Source of the DNA: Selaginella moellendorffii
Lineage: Eukaryota > Plantae > Lycopodiophyta
Assembly: GCF_000143415.4 (NCBI RefSeq)
Contig: NW_003314313.1
Span: 533,228-597,227 of the forward strand
DNA: 64,000 nucleotides
Direction: 5' to 3'
Under the pieces are notes generated by a model that saw only the letters and a list, made by a program, of their open reading frames with translations, ran no database searches and was not told the origin of the DNA. Each line of letters begins with the position of its first letter. Position 1 is the stretch's first letter. Positions 13,401 through 22,411 of the stretch are shown piece after piece. The position numbers and the translations under genes are program-made.

Positions 13401-13546
13401 ACAGTCTCTACTGATACAGCAGCATTGCCTTCCCCAAGCCTTTGACAGTGTATAACAAAGTTCTGATCCATAGACACAAGGGTCCCTTTTGCAACTCTCT
13501 TCCCACCATTCAAAATGTAAACCTTTTCCCCAACCCTGAAGGCCAT
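10478..13546 (-). CDS. DDD-type transposase, Sola-like, 1022 aa, uninterrupted ORF
   Basis: Acidic triad candidates IIHDKMDQ / QTDNAGSENKN / FLIVGHTHEDVDAMFS; Cys motifs CCKRRCC, VCMKAW..YGV and SKCDEC..H..H; lies between the TIRs. Confidence 0.85.
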   Translation of the reverse strand: MAFRVGEKVYILNGGKRVAKGTLVSMDQNFVIHCQRLGEGNAAVSVETVFDGNVVAIERGEMVVGVNVVVALKNLQKKADVGDSASATHVPSVDLKNRATWIQAKVFLNNPKGEVVAEGLATVVDPREAVANQELGWDDIGVAILEVVDTEENSLTIGSIVRWKLRHLVFENVKDSQSNTTTTDDRTSLHGKRKYTFLQRSQRDLSNEPKRQKMAMEVRMVSTVACCKRRCCQHADWDAIEEERARYKTLSWKAARNFVYEALRSSVDASEHQVGGMVFQRGLVCMKAWRIIYGVPRSTFYRIKTEFEEQRVQQAVHGNDGTHKTRGHVVYGEAIFKRFVETCSEQQPHKTCLLEDGTRDTQRVLPSMYTKGAILEDVNRELQSNGYRKLSQSRFSRLWSNRFRDVSIGKYSSFSKCDECTAIKMALSKNSCSAQERETLVRRRLDHNIEHRSCRTAYYHNRILSMERPDSYLCIIHDKMDQKKTCLPRLNPAPKAISSSMQLPVSLFGIIAHGHGAQNYGNFFVPLWGGGGANMMIASLAKHLRSLQSAQTELNGQPLHKALVDRTPYRVQLEEEQRLAVSRGAPCHPSEYVGRQIVGLSREASCHSDEAGRPVNGQPHPNEAESQGSSCGRCGLPPHLLLQTDNAGSENKNMYVFAYLAMLVAKGIFETVTLGFLIVGHTHEDVDAMFSHLAESLRRSNVLTLPQLYDEFQNCIKGTVEAALVIEVPDFKGFVRGYIRDGSETLIGHSKPLQFHFSMRDGAPVMRYKMREWDIVWLPVDGIELFKRDPITGEPMIPQGSPRPMHPDGLKDQESIVAGIRQHIAFWKRGLVFGGESYFKRCKPLLEYWEKIISAIQNGPVVYEELEESFWPEPRAPDSSGTMSSGNAVTDNDVEDHYCGLRNKKPDSAFNPVQVCKGMVVLVRPSNKKQMIWVGRCIIDAEEDAETNSFNVTVEWFKPSSGYTKDCLEKRWVLNPRDPSMSISVDNVVHGWMRKQSATITLPDHARDAARAFITRVQGEIH

Positions 13547-13901
13547 TCTGAAAGTGCAGAAAAGAAGTTAAGACCATACAAAAAATGATTGGAGAATGGC
13601 CTAAATCATAACATACCAAATAGCATGAGGCCACATGCCATTATTCAAACATGCTATTGACACCCACGTGAAATTTCGCATTCACAAAATTGGCATGAGG
13701 CCTCATGCCATCTTGATATACACACAGCTGCAGGCAAGTAAAAACATACATGACAATACGCTAGCCATGAAATTGCAAGGGCCCAAGATGGCATGTGGCC
13801 TCATGCCATTTGTAAATGTGGTCCTAAACCATTCCATGGTGAACATACCAGGAAGCACAAGTGCCGAATATCAAGAGGAAGCGGTAGCCACACCAAAGAC
13901 A

Positions 13902-13975
13902 GTGCCGCTCGCAACACCGCAACTACTCGTAGCGCCGCTCGCAACACCGCAACTGCTCGTAGCGCCGCTCGCACA
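13902..13975 (+). repeat. 30-bp GC-rich tandem repeat (~2.4 copies) upstream of the transposase
   Basis: GCCGCTCGCAACACCGCAACT(A/G)CTCGTAGC repeated. Confidence 0.85.
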
Positions 13976-14832
13976 AACTGCCACTCGCATAAACTGTCGC
14001 TCGCAATGGCGCTCGCAATGTCGCAACCGCTTGTAGACGCATAAACCACAGCTCACAACGCCGCTTACACAAGCAGCGCTCACTGCGCTCAGCGGAACCA
14101 AGAACACGGCGCACAAAAATGATAGACCTAGGAATGAGTTCGAGAATTCAAAAATAACACACGCTTGAATGTCACATCAAATCCTCTGACAAACCAGATC
14201 TTATGATTCCTCTGACAAATTTCAAACTGAGTAGCTTCTAGACTTTGCTGTCGGAGGTTGAACTTTGTCACATCATGTCCTTGCCTCGATCCAACTGTGC
14301 CATGTCAGTGATTCGAACTTTGCCATGCCATGTCAGCGATCCGCGCCAAGATTATTCGCCATGTAAAGGAATAATTATGCTGTGTGTGTACGTCCATTTA
14401 TGGCAATATAAGGCCACACGCCATTCAAAGAATAATGCTAGTCGAGCATTTTTTGGTGCATTTTTGGGTTCAAAATTGCATGAGCCCACACGCTATAAAG
14501 TTTACCTGTACCAAAAATAGAAACAGCTTTATTTACTTGGGAATTTAAGTGGTTGAGGCATTTTTAAACTTACAAACACATGCCCTACTTACATTCATTT
14601 GGTTGCTTAAAATTCAAAAATATTATAAACCTTTCTTTTTGCATTTTCAATGTTTTCAATTATGGTTTTTGATTTTCGCAGGACCAGCCTAGTAATCTAT
14701 TTGCATCCTGTCATGTTTATAGCTAGCTTTCGTTTGTCCCCTTCGCTGGCCTGAGATACATCTGCTTGGAATCTGCCTCTTACAGCATTTGCCCAGAAAG
14801 GGCATCTTTCTTCACGCAGCATTTGCCACATG

Positions 14833-14864
14833 TTTAGGGTTAGGGTTTAGGGTTTAGGGTTTAG
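14833..14864 (+). repeat. Interstitial plant telomere-type repeat (TTTAGGG, ~4.5 copies)
   Basis: TTTAGGG TTAGGG TTTAGGG TTTAGGG TTTAG. Confidence 0.85.
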
Positions 14865-16105
14865 CAATTCAGTAGCTTGATAAACATGCAAATACAGAAC
14901 TTGATGCAAAATCCTTTGATATGTCACAATGCCCCTAGGACCATAAACACATTTCAATAGAGAGGGTCCTTTCATTTCATAACTCCTTATGTAGATCTTG
15001 GTGAAACCAGAGTTAGTGAAGTTGGTTTCTTGTGATCCTGCATCTGATTGTGATGTCCCTTTGCAGTGTTGATGGAAAGGTCAATGCACACCAAACTGTA
15101 GAATCTTGGAGCAAAATAACGGTCGGATCTATGGCAAATGCCCCTGAAACATTGTAAGGCTCGTGTGGTCTCATGTGGTGTCCGATCGAGATGCTTCTTT
15201 GCAGGGTCATCAAGAAGGACATTGTATACCATTCTGTAAAATCTAGTTGCGATCTAACGGTTGGATCTCCAGGAAACTCAAAACAATCTCGCGCGTGTCA
15301 GAATATTCTAGGAATATACTCCTATGTGCTCCTGAAAATGGCATGCGGCCCCACGCCATTCAAGAGATAACGCCAGATGACGCCGAGCATTTTTTGGTGC
15401 ATTTTTTGGGATCAAAATTGCATGAGCCCACACGCTTGAATGTCACATCAAATCCTCTGACAATTTATTTAGCTGAACATCTGGCATTTTTGGAAATACA
15501 AGATGCTTTGGAATATCCAATCATGCATGGTATAAATATAGCAAGGGTATTAAATGATATCCCAATCATGATCTTTCTTTTGGATTTCGCGTGCATGCAG
15601 TCCGAGGAATGATGACGTTGCGGATTTCTTTTGGATTTCACGCATGCGCGCGCCGATCCAGAAATTAATGGTGGCGCCCAAGTCCGAGGAATGATGACGT
15701 GGCGGGATTACCAACTGTCGTGACATTTCGCGCGTGTGAGGTTAGGTTTTGCATTTTGCTTCGTACTCGCGCTCGCACACTCGCGCTCGCATCGCGCTCC
15801 CACTTCTCTACAGGTTTCTCGTGTGCATCAGCGTCCACTCGCGCTTGCATCACACTCGCGCTCGCATCACGCTTGCATCGCGCTCGTGTGCATCGGCGTC
15901 CATTTCAAGACACACCCAGTTTGTAACTTCGCCGCCAACTCCGCCGCCCACTCCGCCACCCACACGCAGCCCACTTGGCGTCCCGGGAGATTTCAGCGCC
16001 ACTTTCCAACTGTAAGTGGCAGAGTAGCCTTGCTGCTACGATCCGCTGCACACACAGTGCACATTCGCCAGCGAGTCCGGTTGTCACGCCTCCATTCGGC
16101 TTTAA

Positions 16106-19100
16106 ATGGTAAGTCTTTTAGGCCACATGCCATTCAGTAGCAACATTGGCATGCACCGATTGGGCTCTCGAGTGCAGTCCGGTTACAGATGGCGTGTAGC
16201 CTCACGCCATCTTAGGATGCAGCCTCAAGACATCTGATGCAGTGGTGAATGGCGTGTGGCCTCACGTTATTTCCAGCTACTAGCTTTTCATCTGTCAGCT
16301 CTAATTATTGTGCATTTCTGAACAGGCGAGGAATTGCGTTCTTCTTCCAGCCACTGTCAATGTGGATGCAGAGAAGGGGGAGGAGCTCATCAGTTGGACT
16401 TTCGGGATGGAAGGCGAGGATCTGAGGCTGTACAACACAGATGGTGGGAGAAAAGAATGCATGGGGATCCTCATCCAAGTGACAGACACTCCATGCAGTT
16501 CCATGCAAGAATATGGACTGGCACTTGTGGTAGAGACAGCGTTTGCCTTCAAGATCCACCTTGCACATCCTAGCGGCTTCCCGGAGGGGGGCAGCGGCTA
16601 TGAGGAATTCCTAGAGGGAGCTAAGGAGAGGTTGTCCAGGAGGCCCACAATTTCAAAGACGCTGCGGGTCTATGAAGATCACATGGAATCCACGGACCTC
16701 ACCTACGGCGATGTTTAAAAACTATATTCCAACATTGAGCCGTTGAGAGTGACTCCAGTTCGCGAAGCAAAGGGGAAGGGGGTCGATCTGGAAACTACCT
16801 CGAAGCAGAAAAGGGTGGTCAAGCTCAAGCCGACGTCCGACTCTCCTGCTCCAAAAAAGAAGCTACTCAGTGATGCCATTGCCTCGGGTTCGAACACTAC
16901 ACCCACCAAAAAGAAGAGCCGCAAAGAGCAGAAAGAGCAAGAAGAGGCAGCAAAAATCGTCGCAGATAATAGTACTTGTTACTATTCCAACAAAGTATAT
17001 ACAATCGACGTGAGCCGTATCGACATCCAAAGCAAATACAACCACAGGCTAGTATCTGATGAGTGGGTGGAGAAATTGAAGCAGAAGATGCTGGCAAGTC
17101 CAGTAACACCCGACATCGCAGACATGATCCCCTACTACCAAAAAATGAAGGGCGAGATGAGGTTTCCAGACTTGATCAATAGGAAGGTGTTGGACGATCA
17201 GAACATCCGGTTCTATGCCGTCTCCGGGCAGCATTCTAGCTTGGCGATGCAAGAGATAGTTGTGGATATTATGGTGGGCGAGGAGGTGAAGAAAGTCTTC
17301 AAGACAAGAGTTGTCCGCCTAATAAAAGGCAACTCGCCCCTCCGATCTATCATATACATCTCCCACACGCAGAATGTCAAGCAAGAAACGTGCTACAAAT
17401 CGGGTCTGCACGAGACATTGGCACGAACACGGAAGCTCTGGGTTCAACTGAAGAAGCCACAAAAACCAGGACAAGGACGTGCACTAGCAACTAGCGCCTG
17501 GCAGGTAAGCCTCGTTGTATGTGGCATAGCATGTGGCCTCACGCTATTTCCATTGCAGGAATTCTCGAGTCTTCTCTCGAAAACACTGGGGGTCAATGAC
17601 ACACTCAGCATCCATAACATTCTACTCGCGACAAAAGTTGTTTTTGACAAATGGGTAGATGTGCTGAGGAGGTACCATGACGGGGAGTTGCCAAACTCAA
17701 TGGGTGTGGAGGACGGCCGGAAGCCCAATGATTTGAAGCTCAACGCCTTGCGTTTCTCACGGTCTCTAGACGACGACAACCTTCTGACAGTGGCTAATGC
17801 TCTTCTACGTGGTGAGGTAGTCTTCAACAAGACCAAAATGACTCCCGGCCATATTGTGATATACGAGGACTTGTGCACGACTCTGAGAGCTCGTGCGCTA
17901 TTGAAGGATTGGATCTTCGAGCAAGTGGCCGTGGAGAGGGTGAGCATCGACACCACGCAAGAGATGATGGAAGCGCTGGAGTTGTCAAATGAAGACATCG
18001 ACGAGTACGTGAAGGGGGCCCCCAAGTTCATCGATCTGCTGCGGGATGCCACGAAAAGTAAAGCTGAGAAGTTGGATCAGTATCCAAATTTCATTAAGAT
18101 TGATGTCGACCGCCGGCTTCAGAAACAGCTCGACCCTGCAGCAGAGGCCTATCGAGAACCTTACCGGGTATACTTGAATTCGGATGAGGATCAAAGGTGG
18201 AGGAGCATCGTTTCCCGCGGAGATGAGCAGGTCAAGAACATCTTTTGTGTGATGGACTTCACAAACGAGGAGATCACTCATGCAGACGAAGTCAGCTCCA
18301 TCATTGACTTAATGGTGGGACTTGCGGAGGTGGAATCTTCAGTCCACTATATGATCTACGACTCCGAATCCTATCACAAGTTCTGGAAGGCCTTGAACGA
18401 GGTGAAGGCTCGGTTGAAAGGCAAGGAGATGCGGGAGATCCATGGGATAATGGCTAAGAAGAAGATACCGACGAATGTCCGCATCTTCACACTCGCCCTT
18501 GTTATTGGTCCTGCAGCAGAGTGGGACTGGAGTGACTTCCCAGCTTCGTTCGACAAGGCCAATCGAATTGATCTGAGGGAGGTCAATTTACCCGTGCCTG
18601 AGGAACTGAAGACGGCTATGGAGCTTTCGAATCCAAAGAAAGCTCCAGGTGCAACATGGGAAATGCTCAGCTGGGTCTTCAACGCAATAGCGGGTGGGTC
18701 ACATGCTTCCGACTCCAAGGGCAAATGCGTTGTCGAGTACAACTGCGGCGGACTATTCTTTCGAGCCGCACTACTCAAGGGTGTCCCGTGTGTTGCGGTG
18801 ACAAACTCCATTGAAGAGGTGACTTCAATGGAGCATATAATTACAGTTGCCAAAGAAAAACAGTATCTTCTCTGCGAACCTGGTGAGTACGCACTTTAAG
18901 TTTAAATGTTATCTCACAAGCTCTGTATGCAGGAGCGTGGCCACCCCCAGATGCTGAAATGGCGTTAACAGCTACTGTTGAAGATACCCATGTTGGGCCG
19001 AGCTCACAACCTGCACAAGGTAAGGTCACGTGAGGCCTCACGCCATTTTGATTATAGATCGTTGTGAATATTCAGACACGAGGACTGAAAAGCGCACTGG

Positions 19101-21706
19101 TGGCGCATCGAAGAAGGACAAACAGACAAGCAATAGGAAAAAAGGAGGTACAAATTATATTTGCAATGGCGTGTGGTCTCATGCCATTCCTTGCAGGAGA
19201 AACTTCTTCAAAGGCAAAACAGGCAAGCACCAGCCAAGCTCAAACTGACAGTGGTCATAAAAAGCGAAAGCACGTTGGACAGTCGTCGAGATCAGAGGCG
19301 TTTGATTCGAAAAGGAAGAAGGGCAACGAAAAGATGATAGGTAATGCCTCGCGGTTATGGCGTGTGTGCTCATGCCATTCATTGCAGATCAAGGGCTGAG
19401 TGAAAGCAGACAGTCACCACCTCATGACTCAGATTCCTATGGCGGACTCCCCTTCCCCAATCTCAATGGAGAGGTACAATGGATGAGGGAAGCTTTTCAA
19501 GTCAGGGCCACGTTTTTCTCATCTCGTCGTCTTCGAAGGGTGCAAGAACGTGCAAAAACCATGTTAAGACAGTCGGGTGAGGATACGGTCCTAGGTCACG
19601 CACTAAAACAGGCTATGGATGTCTTGTATTTTGAGATGGAGACTCGGCCAGATGATTTTCCCAAGATGGTCCTGGAAGAACAAGCCATCCAGCCTGAGCA
19701 GCCTATGGAAGAAATGCAGGAGGGGGATGAGGAGCCAGAGAAAGATAATGAGCAGGAAGAGCAGAAGGACGAAGAGGAGGACAAAGAAGAGGAGGACGAA
19801 GAAGAGGAGGACGAAGAGGACTTGGATGGTCCTCACAATGGTGACGATCACAATAACAACGACGATGATGATGACGACGATGGCCAGCCTGAGGTGGCCA
19901 AAGAGCAGCGGAGGAAGGTCATACAAGACAAACCATCAGGTAAATAATAATACATCCATTCCTAACCTTTTACCATTTCTAACATTGTCCATGTAGGTCG
20001 CAGAGCAAATGGTAAGTAGAGATTATTCAGTTGAATTTACAAACTCTAGCCTTTAGTGTCGAGGAAGGATAGTGCCAAGCAAGGGTCGAAACGTATGTCC
20101 AATCCTTCAGAATCAGCAGTGCGCCCAAGTGATATCGGTCCTAGTTCCTCAATAGCAGTTGATGGTAAATACAGTATAGTCGATTCAATGTGCTAATGAG
20201 TTTGTTTTTAGTAGCACGGGAGGATACCATCTCAATCGAAGGGAGATATTTGGACATGCATATGGATCCGCCAGTGGACTCTACTTGGCTGCAAGAGTCA
20301 TCAGAGCTGGTGGAGGCTACTATCCATATCAACGCCAAGCAAGCTGACCACGCTCCACTTGATGCTGCCCATACCACTGAGTCAATCTTGTCCACGTATC
20401 CAACTGACGGTGACCAGGCGCCATTGGACCCACATGAGGCCGCCCCAGCCGCCGAGCCGGTCGTATCCTCATTTCCAACGGACTCAACGTGTGCCCAATC
20501 GTCTGACTACGCGCCGTTGGAACCTCCCTACACCGCCCCTGCTGCCTGTTCGGTCATGTCCACTTTGCCAACGGAGGCACCAGCTGAAATGGCGTGTGAT
20601 CACACGCCATCGGAACCACCCCATGCCACTGTTGAGCCAGTTGTACTAGAGTCTACAGCTGAAATGGCATGTGCCCACACGCCATCGGATGCGATTGACC
20701 CCACATTGCAGAGGAGAGTATTTCCGCCCTTCACGTTTCCTCGACCAAAACCCTCTCAACGACCATCGGGAGCAACATTCGCTAATATTGTAGATGGTAA
20801 AATTGACTTGTACCATTTTTTATGCTGACGCATTTCATTTCAGAGTCACGGCGAAGGTACTGTATCGTTTTTGATCTGAACGGTGTCCTTTTCTCCCATG
20901 AGCGTGGCTCATCCTCGAATGTCATTGCACCCTCCAAAGCCTGCGGTCACAAGTTGGTCAAAAGAGACAGATTCACATTAATCACACGGGAGAAACTGCG
21001 GGATCTAATAATGACCATGCGACACTTAAAACAGAGGGCCGGGTTCAATTTGCAATTGGGAGTTTGGACATCCATGATGCGCCACAATGCATTAATATTG
21101 CTACAGATGATGCACGATCAGACGCGAGTAATATTACCATTTGACTTTCTCCTAACGCAGAAGGATTGCTTGACTATGGTCCATGTGAGGGGTAGCAAGC
21201 CCATCTTCGTCAAGCTAGAGGCTGTAGTGATGAACCGGACTGCTAGCTCAAGTGAAATCCTTATCATCGATGACTCGCCGATTAAAACTGCAGCGAACAC
21301 GCACACATATGCAGTGCACCCCATCTCTTGCAGTATGGAAACTAGGGAGAAGAAACCGTATGTTCTAGGGGACCTTGCAAAACGGCTTGGAGCGATGGTG
21401 ATAGAGAACCGGCCAGTCCAGGAGGTGGCTGCAGAAATCAACCAAATGGCAGATGGAACGGTATATCAGAAGTCATTTGATCGGACAGACACCAGTCATC
21501 ATTTATGGCATGTATATTGTCTAGCCAAGCACTATCCGCATCTCCATAATCTGCTCAACCGGATGGGTTCTTCGACCACTGAACATGAGCGTGGACGTAT
21601 TAGAGAAGAGATGGCATTACTATTGGGTTTAAATCCTGATAGTGTGGAGAGTGATGAAATTCCAAGATTATTGTATAGGCGTTGGAGGCAAAAAATAACA
21701 GTTTGA
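16106..21706 (+). CDS. Transposon cargo gene, multi-exon: ParB/Srx-like domain + degenerate N4C/N6A MTase-like fold + acidic/Pro-rich linker + FCP1-like HAD phosphatase; one in-frame stop at 16716-16718
   Basis: Putative ATG|gtaagt at 16106 with acceptor at 16325. ORFs 16308 and 16743 share a frame. GT-AG introns at 17505-17558, 18883-18932, from 19020, 19148-19196, 19341-19387 and ending at 20843 join the ORFs in phase; exons between ~19940 and ~20210 are unresolved. Motifs: FYAVSGQHS, VVEYNCGG..RAALLKG, IVFDLNGVL, IIDDSP. Confidence 0.65.
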
Positions 21707-22411
21707 GATGGCATGTATTTATTTAAAAATGTAACTTATTATGGCATGGGGTTCCATGCCATTGTATTAATATTAAAAGACAATTCTTTGAGAGGATTTG
21801 CATTATACTAGAAGTGTTACAGCATGTTATTGAAAGTCTACGAAGTTGTTTTATTAATAATGGGAAAGTAAAGATTGAATGGGGACTTGGGCTCCACCTA
21901 GACTCGGAGCAACTGAGCCAATATTAAAAGGATGGAAAGAAATTGGACGACGATGACAAGGAGAAGAGAGAGGTGAAGCAGTGGCAGGGGGAGGAGAAGT
22001 GATTGAGTAGACATTTCCTTGTTTAAAATAAAATGGCATGTGCCTCAATGCAGTTGAATTTTGTTATATTTATATACTATATAAAGGTTTGGAAACCTTA
22101 TTTTACAAGTGGGATAATGACAATTCCCACTTTAACGAAATAGAGCTTCTATCTCGGGTCCATCTCGAACTCCATCTTGGACTCCATCTCAGGTCCATCT
22201 CAGACTCCATCTCGGGTTTATCTTGGACTCTATCTCGGACTCCATCTCGGGTCCGTCTCGGACTCCATCTCGAACTCCTTCCACGTGTCATATGTTGGTC
22301 CTTTTGTGTCCCATTTCTTAGAGACTCACTCTCGACCTTTTGAGTTAGAGCTTTTAGTCCATATATGTTATGCTCCTTTGGCTTTTGCTTCGGCCACTAC
22401 CATGTGGCACC

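Larger units (their letters stand above)
10015..22054. promoter_or_regulatory. Dispersed family of about 20 22-bp palindromes ATGGCRTG-N6-CAYGCCAT
   Basis: Copies start at 10015, 10331, 10384, 11726, 11783, 13620, 13690, 13788, ~14403, ~14476, 15338, ~15416, ~16112, 16189, 16249, 17526, 19025, 19166, 19357, 20589, 20664, 21741 and 22033 (some only half-sites). Confidence 0.85.
9789..22148. mobile_element. 12.36-kb TIR DNA transposon (Sola-like) with cargo gene
   Basis: TIRs AAGCTCTATTTCGTTAAAGTGGGA (9789-9812) and TCCCACTTTAACGAAATAGAGCTT (22125-22148); 4-bp TSD CTAT at 9785-9788 and 22149-22152; internal DDD transposase. Confidence 0.93.

Noticed and set aside
10015-22054. Palindromes read as a CRISPR-like array or as MITEs
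   Set aside because: Spacing is irregular (tens of bp to kb), there are no uniform spacers or cas genes, and no TSDs surround individual copies
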